Shown here in pieces: positions 26,884 through 41,469 of a stretch of DNA of 64,000 nucleotides. Location: positions 249,922,001 to 249,986,000 of the forward strand of contig OZ024742.1 of NCBI GenBank assembly GCA_964016885.1, given 5' to 3'. Every line of letters starts with the position of its first letter. The stretch's first letter is position 1. Below the pieces are notes generated by a model. The model saw nothing but the letters and a program-made list of their open reading frames with translations. It searched no databases and was not told the DNA's origin. The translations under genes and the position numbers were made by a program. The stretch is from Eledone cirrhosa (taxonomy: Eukaryota).

Positions 26884-27182
26884 TGAGTGTGTGTGTGCGT
26901 GTGTTTCTTTGCAACCATGACGTGATTAAACGATGTTAGTGGAATTTGAAAATTGAATTGTATTAGTATCATTCACCGTATGTTTGACTACAGAAAATAT
27001 TCTAATAAAAGCACCATGTATAAACCCCCCAGAACGGTACCTTATACATCGTGTTTTGTTTTTCTCTTTATCTTAATTCCTAAGCGGCAAGCTCATAAGA
27101 GTGTGTGTTTTTGTATCTCTGTGTTTGTCTCGTTCATAATTATATATTATATTATATTATATCATATTATGATATGTGGATT

Positions 27183-28000
27183 GGCGATGGATGGCAGTAT
27201 CGGTAGAGGGTCTGACGCCATGCTTTGACGCATAGACTTACGGCCCTTGCCAATCTGAGTTCAAATCCCGCCGAGGTTAACTTTGCCTTTCATCGGGTTC
27301 GATAAAATAAAGTGCCAGTAATACACTGGCTGATGCTGGCCTTGTGCCATTAGTAGAAACAATTATATTATATCATATCATGGCGATGGATGGCAGTATC
27401 GGTAGTGGGTCAGACGCCATGCTTTGACACATAGAGTTACGGCCCTTGCCAATCTGAGTTCAAATCCCGCCGAGATTAACTTTACCTTTCATCCTTACGG
27501 GGTCGATAAAATAAAGTACCAGTAATGCACTGGTAATTGCTGGCCTTGTGCCAAAAAAGTAGAAGCAATTATATTATATCATATATTATATCATATTATA
27601 TCATATCGGTAGAGGGTCTGACGCCATGCTTTGCAGCAAAGAGTTACGGCCGTTTATGGTCTGAGTTCAAATCCCGCTGAGGTTAACTTCGCCTTTCATC
27701 CTTACGGTGTCGATAAAATAAAGTACCAGTAATGCACTGGATAATTGCTGGCCTTGTGCCAAAAGTAGAAACAATTATGTTATATTCTATCATATTATCT
27801 ATATATCTAAAGGGCGGTGGATTGGCAGTATCGGTAGAGGGTCGGACGCCATGCTGTCCAGCATAGTTACGTCCCTTTACGATCTGAGTTCAAATCCCGC
27901 CAAGGTTGACTTTACCTTTCATGCTTAGGGGGTCGATAAAATAAAGTACCAGTAATGCGCTGGGTAATCGATGGCCTTGTGCCTAAAGTAGAAATAATTA
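27183..28000 (+). mobile_element. Head-to-tail array of 4 SINE copies
   Basis: Units of ~190-210 bp separated by (ATATT/ATCAT)n. Confidence 0.85.
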
Positions 28001-28013
28001 TCTATATATCTAA

Positions 28014-28341
28014 AATTTCAAATATTCAAAGCTCTACGGACAGCATTAGGCGATTAAGGGATCTCTCTCTATAGTTCTTAGTCTTTCTCTTTTTAGATAG
28101 ATACATAGATATAACGTTGCGCCCTTAAAATATCTGTCTGTATATGTGGCTGCCTGCATTACGACATTATGACGTAGCTGTGTGTGTGTGTATGTATATA
28201 TATAGTGTATATATATATATATATATAGTGTGTGTAACGTTTTTCGAAATATTTGCTCCTGCATTCACAGATTGAATTTTTTAGTTTCAGAAGATCCCGT
28301 TAAGGGTGAAACCAACGATTCTTTGCTTAAACGTTAATCTG

Positions 28342-28413
<72 letters not shown>

Positions 28414-28787
28414 CGTAAAATAAGAAAATTATAAAATTAACTTACTTACTAAAATTTCACTCCAACTAATTACTTTCTGAAAGGGAATAAACATAGTTTC
28501 CGAAGAAACGTTCGGAGAAGTCTTTCGTCATCAGGGAAGTCTATTCTCAGCTAAGTTTCCAGGCAATACGTGGACACAGGGAACTTATACAAAAATAATT
28601 CAGTGGATGGAAAAAGCAAAGCGTGGACTAAATTCCAAGCCATTGAAAAAATCACTGCCTACTGCGTCGGTGGGTCGGTGGCAAATTTCAAAGAATCAGT
28701 CACGTGACATCGAGGCAATCAGTGAAGAGTGGTTTGTTAAGAAGACAGCAGCCGGACCGTTACTATATATATATATATACATATATA

Positions 28788-28818
<31 letters not shown>

Positions 28819-29493
28819 TATGTATAAATATTTCGTATCTCCTATGCAAATGAGATTAATCACCTCATTTACACAGAGGAGAAAAGTATATATTCTCGCC
28901 TGTCTTCTAGTCCAACAGTCGTAAGCGGTGGGGGGGGGGGACCGTCCTGACGAATGCCAGTTAAGCCTGAAATGCATAGATGGTTGTCCCCCTTGCTTCT
29001 GCTGGACATCACCAGAGGTCGTAAGCTCCCCCCCCCCCTGGGTGTTTGCATAGCTATGGGTTCCTAAAACCGTATTTCTTTGGAGATACGAAATATTTAT
29101 ACATATTATGGTTTATACATAATTTATACATAATACGGTTTTAGGAAAAATATCTGTACACGAATATATATATATATATATATAAAGTAATAATAATAAA
29201 TTTGAAGACTATTTATCAAATATATAAGAACCGTAGAGCAAATATTTATTAAAATAACAGATTAAAGTTTAAGCAAATAATCGCTGCTTTCACCCTTAAC
29301 GGGATCTTAAGATCCCGTTAATGGTGAAAGCACCGATTCTTATATATATATATTCGTGTACAGATATTTTTGCAAACACAATAACAAAATATAAACAAAC
29401 GTATTTATTTCACGAGGCTCGATAAGATAAATATATATCAAATATATAAGAACCCTCGAGCAAATCCCGAGCAACGCCGGGCCATTCTGCTAG
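28014..29493 (+). mobile_element. Helitron-like copy with nested insertions, interrupting the SINE array
   Basis: Homologous to 11480-12395; same cccgagcaacgccgggccattctgCTAG end. Confidence 0.7.
28941..28984 (+). ncRNA. Minimal type I hammerhead ribozyme
   Basis: accgtc-CTGACGA-atgccagttaagcct-GAAA-tgca-TA-gatggt; 6-bp stem I, palindromic stem III atgcat. Confidence 0.75.
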
Positions 29494-29511
29494 TATTATA
29501 TTATATTATAT

Positions 29512-30090
29512 TGTGGATTGGCAGTATCGGTAGAGGGTCGGATTCTATGCTTTGACGCAAAGAGTTACGGTTCTTTCCATTCAGAGTTCAAATCCCGCTG
29601 AGGTTAACTTTGCCTTTCATCCTTACGGGGTCGATAAAATAAAGTACCAGTAATACACTGGATATTTGCTGGCCTTATGCCAAACGTAGAAACAATTATA
29701 TTATATTATATTATATTATATTATATTATATTATATTATATTATATTATATTATATCATATTATATTATATTACATTAGGTTAACTTTAGCTTTCATCCT
29801 TACGGAGACGATAAAATAAAGTACCAGTAATGTACTGGGTTATTGCTGGCCTTGTCCATTAGTAGAAACAATTATATTACATTATGTAGTATCGATTGAG
29901 GGTAGAACGCCATTATTTGTAGCACAGAGTTACGGCTCTTTACGGTCTGAGTTCAAATCCACCCGAGGTTAACTTTACCTTTCATCTTTACGGGGTCGAT
30001 AAAATAAAGCACCAGTAATGCACTGGGGTAGATATAATAGACTTTCTCCTCCCCCAAATTGCTGGCCTTTTCCCTATAGTAGAAATCATT
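29512..30090 (+). mobile_element. Continuation of the SINE array (3 copies)
   Basis: Same family; (ATATT)n spacers. Confidence 0.8.
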
Positions 30091-30597
30091 ATATTATAGG
30101 AATTAAAAGTATAATTCCCCTCAGCATTACCTCGTGCTGTGACACATAAAATTTTGAAGTTCTATTCATAACTTCTTGGCTCAAATCATGTGGCAATATG
30201 TGTAGCATGTGAGTTGTGTCCGTGTGTGTGTGAGTGTGCGCATGTGGATGTGAATGTGGAGTGGAGTGGTTCTTCTTAAGGCGAAGAATGTATTATATTA
30301 TTGGGTGAAAGATATTTATGTGAATTGGAATGGTTCATATAGTGAATAAGTAGGCCACGTGATTTTCCAGGTTCAGTTAATGTTTAAACAATATAGAATT
30401 CCTGAGGTCAGGCTTACAGTGACGTCAGTGGGAAGTAGGATATGAGCAACAAAATAATTAAACAGTGATAAATATTCCAAACTTTCTCTATGTAGTATAT
30501 TTTATGACCATTTTACCGTTTGTTATATTCTCATAAATTCAATGTCGCAGCACAAAAATTCCAGCGTTCTTGATTCCCGGACCACATCCTTACTCAC

Positions 30598-30711
30598 TGC
30601 TTTCGGGATGGAGTCGTTTACTCTGAAGCGAGCCCTACGAGTTTGCAATGGGTGTTTTAGAGCATCTTTCTCGCCATCCCCCTGGACAATGCCTCCCCAA
30701 TTCTGTGTCAT
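30598..30711 (-). CDS. Candidate 114-nt exon
   Basis: ttttcgctcgtggtcttAG ... gca|GTGAGT; phase-0 frame MTQNWGGIVQGDGEKDALKHPLQTRRARFRVNDSIPKA; GC-richer unique DNA. Confidence 0.25.
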
Positions 30712-30884
30712 CTAAGACCACGAGCGAAAACTAACCCTTGAATGAATGTTGCTGAACAGTTCCAAAACATGTGTACCGTTAATGTACTTGCTGTGTCTTT
30801 GAACACTTCCATTTAGATAATTTAAGATTGTAGGTATATTGTAGGTTCAATATATATATATTCTTTGCTTAAACTTTAATCTGT

Positions 30885-30929
<45 letters not shown>

Positions 30930-32136
30930 TATATATATAAATATATATTAAAATAACAGATTAATGTTTAAGCAAAGAATCGCTGCTTTCACCCTTAACG
31001 GGATCTTTTTAGTTTCAGAAGATTCCTCTTCGTATTTTAGTCTTCACATTTATTATTTTTACTATATATATATATAAAGACATTAAAGGGTTATATATTT
31101 ATAAGCACCTTGTTTTAGTTGGAATCAACTCATATTGGTTGCGGCCTGAATTCATTTTACAAAGAAACTAAATCGGCAAAAATACGAGGAGATACGAATA
31201 TATTGAAGGGTTGCACAGTTTGGTGCTTCTTAAATGATACCCCCCACAAAAAAAGAAAAGAATTTACTGCAACACTTTATTGTAACTAGGTTGTATTTTT
31301 TGTATATTTTCCTTTCTACCGTTTACAGGATCCTAAATGAAAACGAAATGAACCATAAGTATGTAGAAATAATATTACATAAGTGATTTGTTTTCATTGT
31401 GTGTACAAAGAAGTATTTAGTATCACGTTGATGAGGTTAGCTTTTCGATATTTGTTTTGATAATTCAACAAGATAATGAGTTAATACTAAGTTCCTGATG
31501 CAAGGTTTATTGTATTGATTGTTCAGTGCGGGTTTTGTAGCGGGTAGTGTAAACACGATGGATTTCGTTAAGTTCAATCCGTTTTTATAAAGTTATAAAA
31601 TAATTTTATGTCATGTGCTTTTCATTATCTGAATATATTCCCAAAATGAAATAACTCAAAATTCGTTAAGATAAAATTGATTGATTGATTTTGCTTTACA
31701 TCATTCAGAGCGAACAAGAAAATGGAAACCAGAAAGTTAATTTGGCAAGTTGACAAGGAGCCGAAGAGAGTTACCTCAGACTCGACTTCCCTCTAAACAA
31801 CAAGTGACCATATTACTACCTGAAGTGATGTCACTATTTTGATGTCTCTTGTTTTCTGGAGATATGGCCAAACTTGAGCCTTGAAACCTTGAAGAGCGCC
31901 TTTGTTCCATGTATGAACAAAAATATAATATAATATTATATATATATATGTTGGTTTATTTTATCCTCGGAGGACTAACAACACACCCAGGAGCTGGACA
32001 TATCGATGAATTGACAGAGTGGAACACATTTCAACAACATGTTTACCTATTTTTTCTACATTAATTCGTAATGCCTGATGAGGTCACAGACAATAATAGC
32101 AAAATTTAACATGTTTGACATACTTATTTATATATA

Positions 32137-32839
32137 TAGCAAAAGGAATAGGTAAATATAAAGCAAAGGGAATAGGTGAATATTTAAATTAGATTTTTAA
32201 TTTATTTTAAAAAATTGTTTGAATCTTGCTTGCTTCGCTTATCTCAATTTTATAGTTCTGGTATGTCAAAATAATGCCATAGAACAACCACTGTATCATA
32301 GACACCCTATATATTTCCAGAGGTACTTAGTACCTGTGGGGATATTGATCTCTTTTTATATAATCTCCGTTATGTAGAGAACAAATCCGTTGTTTTATTT
32401 AGCTACTATTTTTAGTGGCGTGATAGACAACACATCTATGTTTACTTCCGCTTCTACTAAGGGCTGGTTCATGCAAAGGTTAAGTTTACGGCCTCATTCG
32501 ATCCTGTACTAGCCGGAAGATGGCAATGTATTTTGCTGTTCCTGGGACTTTACGTCCTAGGTAGGGAAAATGCTTTCTGAAGATCTGAACATTTCCATTG
32601 GAAGTCCCTAGGATCTCCAATCTTTTGTGAAGTGAAACCGTCGGTAAAAGCAAAAGGAATAGGTGAATATTGAAATTATATTTTTTAATTTATTTTAAAA
32701 AGTTGTTTGAATCTTGCTTGCTCCTCTTATCTCAATTTTATAGTTCTGGTATGTCAAATTAATACCATAGAACAACCACTGTATCATAGACACCCTATAT
32801 ATTTCCAGATGTATTTAGTACCTGTGGGGATATTGATCT

Positions 32840-32841
<2 letters not shown>
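32137..32841 (+). mobile_element. Partial-tandem HHR element (homologue of 12565-13382)
   Basis: 32160-32352 repeated at 32647-32841, with the HHR directly before the second repeat. Confidence 0.8.
32571..32652 (+). ncRNA. Type I hammerhead ribozyme
   Basis: tgcttt-CTGAAGA-(long stem II)-GAAAC-cgtcg-GTA-aaagca; perfect 6-bp stem I. Confidence 0.75.
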
Positions 32842-32905
<64 letters not shown>

Positions 32906-33709
32906 GCACACACACATATATATATATATATATATGGGGACACAAAAAGTAAAAAGGTTGTGTGTGTTTGTGCTTTCAAAGAAAATATCTTAAACCTTAA
33001 AGAAAGAAAATAAGTTTCGAAATAAATAAAACAATTAACCAAGCAGTTTATTAAACTATTCCGTAGGCAATTAATAGAAATCAAAAGAAATTATGCTGGA
33101 GAGAAGCAAAAACAATGACAACTGGAATCAGTGGTGATGAAGTGTAAATGCATTTATATATATATACATACATATATACACCCACATGCACGTATACACA
33201 TGTGCACACAGGCCTGACAGCCGGGACCAAGAGGTAGACAACGTTTGGAGAAAATGATTTCTACAATTAAATTTTCAAACATATAACTTCTGCTTGAGAG
33301 TAGTAATTACAAACTCTATACCTTTGGCTCGGCAGTATAACTTACTATCTTCATTGTTTAATCCTTAATCATTTATTCGCAATTAGCTAACAGTTATTTA
33401 ACTCATATTTGGTGTGGATGGTTGTTGACTCCGATCAGTTCATCCGCCCTTTAAATAGCTCTTGTTTTGTTTTGTTTTGTTTTCTCTGATGCTAGGGTAC
33501 CTATTTGCGTGAGCCCCTTTTAGTCACCGACCACTCGAACATGATGCTTACATGATTCCAGTAGCCAACAGAAGCCTTACCTGACCAAAAGCACCAATCA
33601 AATATTTGAGTAGAATTTCGTCCTTCTAGATCTAACATCCTAAATACCAGTAAAATACACGTGCAGATTATCATCGTTCTAGCTCCAACACAATAAGTAT
33701 GTATAAGTA

Positions 33710-33990
33710 ATTAAAGTCCTGATAGACGCCCTATTGACATACGGCATTTCTTGGGCATTTTAAGCCTGGTGGAGCCCATCCCTCTCCAGGCCAGAGTACA
33801 GCAGATTTCTTCCACAGAAAGATAGTAAGTAAGATAGAGGAAATGAGAAAGAGATATGGACGAAGAATCGACCACAGTACTAGATTGGTACTTTTCTTTC
33901 ACGACCACGAAGGGATGAAAGGCAAAGTTGACCTTGGTGGGATTTGAACTCAGAGAGCAGAGAGCCGAGACGAATAACAGCATAAGTACC
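33710..33990 (-). mobile_element. SINE subfamily with an alternative 3' tail; relatives at 43305-43610 and 10760-11000
   Basis: Shared central domain plus tail gggctccaccaggcttaaaatgcccaagaaatgccgtat. Confidence 0.6.
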
Positions 33991-34353
33991 ATTTATTCAT
34001 TGATCTAAACTGCCGTAACTAAGTATCAACACAATTATTTGGAGAGATTTTCATCATCCTGAGCCACAACATAATAAATAACTTTGAGGTACTGCCAATA
34101 AAATCGACACCAATCCCTCAGCCGGATGTGTGGCGTATACGATCTCTCTATCCAACTATTTCTTCTTCTTCTTCTTCTTCTTCTTCTTCTTCTTCTTCTT
34201 CTTCTTCTTCTTCACTTTATATCTCATTATTCCTATACCTTTCATTAACATACACAGAACCATATTAATCAACTTTACTGCATTTTACCACAACGCTTAC
34301 AACAACTACTATTACTATTACTTCCATTACTACTACTACTACTACTACCACCC

Positions 34354-34388
<35 letters not shown>

Positions 34389-34418
34389 GCTACTACTACT
34401 ACTACCACCATCAGCACA

Positions 34419-34503
<85 letters not shown>

Positions 34504-34566
34504 CTAATACTCCACAGCAGTAGTAGCAGCAGCAGTGGTATTAGTGGTGGGATGGTGGTGGTGGTT

Positions 34567-34603
<37 letters not shown>

Positions 34604-35099
34604 CAGTAGTAGTAGTAGTAGTATCAGATGAAAAAACAAAAACAAAACGAAATAATATGCAAATAAGTTTGATTCTGTGTCGTTAACATTTTTGTTCAAA
34701 GGCAGTGATTCTGTACCGAAACACGGAGTCATGTCTGATTATGTTACAATTGCAAGACCAAGTCTGAGAATTCTTCTCTCAATATATTCTCTATCTTCTT
34801 CGTCTTCATCACAGACAAACCAACTATCTATCTCTGAATAATTTAGTTCTTTCTTTAATTGCGTGGAGAAAGTTTTTGAAAAAATTAACGTCTGAATTCC
34901 TCAGAGCGAATAGCGATCAAAAACTGGCCGTTTCTTAATTAAGATCACATCCTCTTTCTATCACAACTACATAAAGCAGGCAATTACGAAATATTTCAGT
35001 ACACCAAAATACAGACATATACATACACATACGCACACACACACACGCACACACACGCACACACACACACACACACACACATACACACACACACACACG

Positions 35100-35211
<112 letters not shown>

Positions 35212-35379
35212 TATACGTAATATGCATACAACGCTGTGTGTATGAGAGTGTCTTCTGTAAATATATTCATGCACACATAAATACACACTCACAGACAAAC
35301 ACACGCACACACACACATATATGTATAAACATGTATATATATATAAATATGTATATATATATATATATACATAAATATG

Positions 35380-35427
<48 letters not shown>

Positions 35428-35509
35428 CTGTTTATATATATACGATATATATATATACATAAATATATATATATATATATATATATACATATCTGTATAT
35501 ATATATACG

Positions 35510-35553
<44 letters not shown>

Positions 35554-35572
35554 CTGTTTATATATATACGAT

Positions 35573-35632
<60 letters not shown>

Positions 35633-35654
35633 CTGTATATATATATACGATATA

Positions 35655-35695
<41 letters not shown>

Positions 35696-35788
35696 CTGTA
35701 AATATATATACGATATATACATATATATATATATATATATACATATCTGTATATATATATATATATACGATATATATATAAATACAAA

Positions 35789-35851
<63 letters not shown>

Positions 35852-36124
35852 GTATATATATACATATCTGTATATATATATAACCGTTTTGGCCTGTTGA
35901 ACAACATATATTGTTTTCTCTTTACATGTTATAATGCGAAAATATATGAAATTAATTTTCAAACGTTTGCATAATGAACGAGATAAATAAATCTAACAGC
36001 ATTACACGGAATAAAGCTGGCATCATTACATAGAACAGGAGAATGAAAATCAGCAGAGCAATTGACTCCTTGAAACAATCTTCTGAAAGTTGCGTAGGCT
36101 AAGACATAGCAAGTACATGTAAGT

Positions 36125-36175
<51 letters not shown>

Positions 36176-36178
<3 letters not shown>

Positions 36179-36584
36179 TGGCTGCCAACTCGTTCTCGAG
36201 TGCGGCCACTACTTTATATCCATGTAAGAGAACCCTTACCGATGCGCTGAATAAGTGTGACTTTTTAGTCCAGCCAGCGACTTGAAAACTCTGGTACAAA
36301 CACTAGACTTGTGACAATTATTGACACATAGTGCTGGGCCCATGGTACCATGTGACAACAAGTGCAGAGAGATCTCCAGATATAAAGCAATGCCTGTGCC
36401 GTGAAGCTTTTATAGTGAGCAAAGGCACTGCACAAACCCAGTCCCACTCTCTTAACCAAGATGATATTTACCAAAAAGAAGAACAAGTCAACATAATTGG
36501 ATACCATCAGGGTTGCAGGTGTTATATCAGAGTTTTCCTTCTCCTAGAATTCTGCCTTGACAAAGGCTAAGGGGTCATCTCTCC

Positions 36585-36588
<4 letters not shown>
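36176..36588 (-). mobile_element. RTE-derived element, 5'-truncated copy
   Basis: Reverse complement of 15212-15604. Confidence 0.75.
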
Positions 36589-36624
<36 letters not shown>

Positions 36625-36778
36625 TATATCATACACATATATATACACACACATATATCATATACATATATATACACACACATATATCATATACATATAT
36701 ATACACACACATATATCATATACATATATATACACACACATATATCACATACATATATATACACACACATATATCATA

Positions 36779-36828
<50 letters not shown>

Positions 36829-36939
36829 TGTGTGTGTCTGTGTGTGTCTGTGTGTGTGTGCGCGTGTGTGTATATATATATAAATGGTTTTTGAATTTAT
36901 TTTGCGAAATTTCTTATCTGGAAACGTGTGTTGAAACAG

Positions 36940-37397
36940 ATATTGTTGTACTTTGGGAGGGTCATGCTGCCAATAGAAACACATGCACCTGTTGGTATTC
37001 ACTTTCATTTATTATAAGTTTCCGGTTGGTCGGTTGGCTAGATAACCGGAAGGTTGTTTATATATTGTCAAAGTTCTTTCGTCAGACATTCTGTCTCCTC
37101 CACAGTGACTAAGTTTTTATTTTGTGTGCCTCGTTTGTTTTGTCCTTCACTATCTTGTCCTACACCATCTTCTTTCCTACACCAAAATGGTGAAGGACAG
37201 AACAATGATGAGACACAAAATAGAAATCTAGTAACTGAGGAAGTCACAGAATGTGTGACGAAAGAGCTTTGACAATATATAAACAACCTTTCGGTCATCG
37301 AACCAACCAACAAACTGGAAACTTATAATAAATGGAAGTGAAAAGCAACAGGTGCCTGTGTTTTTATTTGGCAGCATGACCCTCCCAAAGTATAACA

Positions 37398-37400
<3 letters not shown>
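36940..37400. mobile_element. Palindromic element with HHRs at 37231-37273 (+) and 37067-37109 (-)
   Basis: gtaa-CTGAGGA-agtcacagaatgtgtgac-GAAA-gagc-TT-tgac; homologue of 17550-18078. Confidence 0.8.
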
Positions 37401-37466
<66 letters not shown>

Positions 37467-37666
37467 TGGAAGCTTAGTAAAATCGAAGCTTTGGCTCTGG
37501 CCAAGCAAAGTCGAACTACAATAAAGAATGAGTAGCAAAGCACTCAATAAGGGTAGGTCCTTAGAGTAATAACATACGTTTAAATAGCTTGACAAATTGA
37601 ACATTACGGTAGGCAAAACCCACTATACAATACCTAAGTAACGAAAGAACTAATCAGGTTAAAGAC

Positions 37667-38172
<506 letters not shown>

Positions 38173-38248
38173 CATACTCTGCTCTATGAGGGCATCGTAT
38201 GCTCAAACGGCCTACCGCGTACGGAGGCTTTAAGCATCCAACTGCAAT

Positions 38249-38312
<64 letters not shown>

Positions 38313-38381
38313 AACGAGTAGGACCCCGACGGCTGAGCTCAAGCCATTTCGACGGCTAATTCTAGACAGAATTAGCCGTCG

Positions 38382-38494
<113 letters not shown>

Positions 38495-38531
38495 TATATA
38501 TACATATATATACATATATATATATATACAA

Positions 38532-38608
<77 letters not shown>

Positions 38609-39206
38609 CATATATATATACACACACTCACACACACACACATATATATATATATATTCACACATATATATATACATATATATATACATATATATATGTA
38701 TATATATACATATATATATACACATATATATACATATATATATATACATATATATATACATATATATATATATTTATATATATAAACACATATATATATA
38801 CACACACACACATATATATATATAACGAAGGATGTGTGATAATTATTTTATTTTATTTTGTTCCTTTACCATCTTATTCCTTCTACCACTTTATCACATT
38901 TTTTTTAGCTGACTCCAACAATAACACAAGGATAGATGTATGATGTACCTAACAATAACAAGAACAGCAACTACAGATTGGCTTGCTTCAGAACGAATTT
39001 CTATAGACTTTTGACTGATGAATGTTCTAACAACTGACCAATAAGAGGAGAAGAGGCCCTTTGACGCTGAAATTCGTTTGTTTGAATTCATATGATTCCA
39101 GTTCCTCAGTGAAACAACAACCCAACCAGGAACTGGGCATATCAGAGTATTGACAAAGTTATACACCTCAACAACATGTGTACTCGTCTCTAGCACACAA
39201 ATTCGG

Positions 39207-39261
39207 ACTGCCTGAAGAGGTCACAGCCAAAGATGGCTGTCACCGAAATATATATAGCAGT
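39207..39261 (+). ncRNA. Type I hammerhead ribozyme
   Basis: actgc-CTGAAGA-ggtcacagcca aaga tggctgtcacc-GAAA-tatata-TA-gcagt. Confidence 0.85.
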
Positions 39262-39604
39262 AATAAACGAAACCAAATTTTAAACATTTGACTTATTTAT
39301 TTTATTTAATTTAACATTACTCCGGAGTAACCAAAATCCCTGCGCACTTCGTGGAGTGCTCCAATCTGCATACTGTACAACCAACATATACTCAAAATTT
39401 ATATATATATATATATATAAAAGTTATACACCTCAACAACATGTATATATATATAAATTTTGAGTATATGTTGGTTGCATGCCAACACCTCAGTATGCAG
39501 ATTGGAGCACTCCACGAAGTGCGCAGGGTTTTTGGTTACTCCGGAGTAATGTTAAATAAAATTAAATAAATAAGTCAAATGTTTAAAATGTGGCTTCGTT
39601 TATT

Positions 39605-39659
39605 ACTGCTATATATATTTCGGTGACAGTCATCTTTGGCTGTGACCTCTTCAGGCAGT
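39605..39659 (-). ncRNA. Type I hammerhead ribozyme (inverted copy)
   Basis: Reverse complement of 39207-39261 with one stem II change. Confidence 0.8.
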
Positions 39660-40063
39660 CCGAATTAGTGTGGTAGAGACGAGTACACATGTTGTTGAGC
39701 TGTATAACTTTTACGCTCAGTCGCTTCACGCCATGCAACTGGGATAAGCAGCGGCCAAATGAGCCTTCTGGTTTAAGACAGACTTTAGACTTTTATATAT
39801 ATATATATATATGGAAATATGATGTAAATTTGAAAGCAGTGCCCCACCATAACCCTACATGTAATGCATAAAACTAACAGAACTGAATATTCAAGTTTGT
39901 ATATATGTTAGTATGTATATAAATAAGGATGGATTCAGTTAGAAACTGGTTAGTACATTACTTAATAGAGTACCTAATACTTGGTGTAGTATAGAGTATA
40001 TTTATGTTATGAGTCGAGAATAAGCTGTTGAAACGGCAAGAGCTCACCCCTCGGGTCCCGACT

Positions 40064-40099
<36 letters not shown>

Positions 40100-40267
40100 T
40101 CAAACACACACTCACACGTACGCACGCACACATACACACACGCATATATATATATGCACATATATAGAGTGAGTAAATTTTGCAAGCTACATCAAAGAAA
40201 CAATGACTTTTTATTCTTATCTCAATTATTTTAGAACAAAGCATTATTTACATAAATCCAATTACCA

Positions 40268-40309
<42 letters not shown>

Positions 40310-40453
40310 TATACATATATACACATCTGTGTGTGTGTGCGAGTGTGTTTATATCTGTGTGTAAGTATGTATGTATATGTCAATGATGGGAATATGCATG
40401 GGCGTATAATGCCTCTCCTTTCTACACAACTAGATACATACATATGCATATAG

Positions 40454-40523
<70 letters not shown>

Positions 40524-40546
40524 TATATATATATGCTATATATATG

Positions 40547-40600
<54 letters not shown>

Positions 40601-40702
40601 GCTATATATATGTGCTATATATATATATGGTATATATATATATATGCTATATATATAAATGCTATATATATATATGTATATATATATATATACACACATA
40701 TG

Positions 40703-40735
<33 letters not shown>

Positions 40736-41469
40736 GATAAACTGATGCAAATAGTGTAATGGTTCCTTATGGTTTTTACTTACATATTTGCCCATGTCTT
40801 GCAGAAATCACTGACGGTCCAGGTAAATGTATTTTACATGGGTATTTATTTTTATTCTTTGTCCATGCATTATTTATCTATGCATTATTTATGCATTCTA
40901 TTCTACACTCTTTCAAAATTGAATTATTAGTTGTCATTTATTTCGTTTATCGTTATATTTTGATAGAGTTGTTCCAGATTTATCAAATGTTGATGTTTCT
41001 GGATAACCAAGTCAAGCATAAAGTATTTTGATATATATACACCTCTCAAAGTCAAATGCTGAGGATAGAAGGTTTATCAGCTTTTCAAGCCTTGGAATTT
41101 ATATAGAATTTGCTAGTTGACTACTAAGATGCCACATGACGACAGAACCTGCTAAACGTCTGCAGCACTAGAGATCACCCACACACTGGTTTATACTAAA
41201 ATACATCTCTAAAAGAATAATATCTGGTGATAAATCCCATCTCATACAATTACTTATGTAATTGCAGTATGCGTGCCCTATCAATTTTTCCATCTGGATG
41301 CAACAGAAACCAATGACTAAGCAAGTAAGTGAATTTTCTCTAGGTTTTTTTCTTTTATTCTATGTCTGATTTTTGTGTGTTGACTATGCATTGTGTACAA
41401 ACTCTTGCAAATTTAAATTCATAGTTTACACTCATAGATAACGGATTTTTCCTTTGGAGTGTTAATTCC

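Larger units (their letters stand above)
39090..39712. mobile_element. Palindromic HHR element; relatives at 51975-52175 and 31950-32130
   Basis: Arms ~39155-39400 and ~39455-39712 inverted around (TA)n. Confidence 0.8.

Noticed and set aside
27183-28000. Possible CRISPR-like or tRNA gene array
   Set aside because: Units are ~200-bp SINEs without unique spacers or a complete cloverleaf
34735-34900. Coding-looking minus frame IDSWFVCDEDEEDREYIERRILRLG
   Set aside because: Bounded by stops with weak splice sites; no recognisable homology
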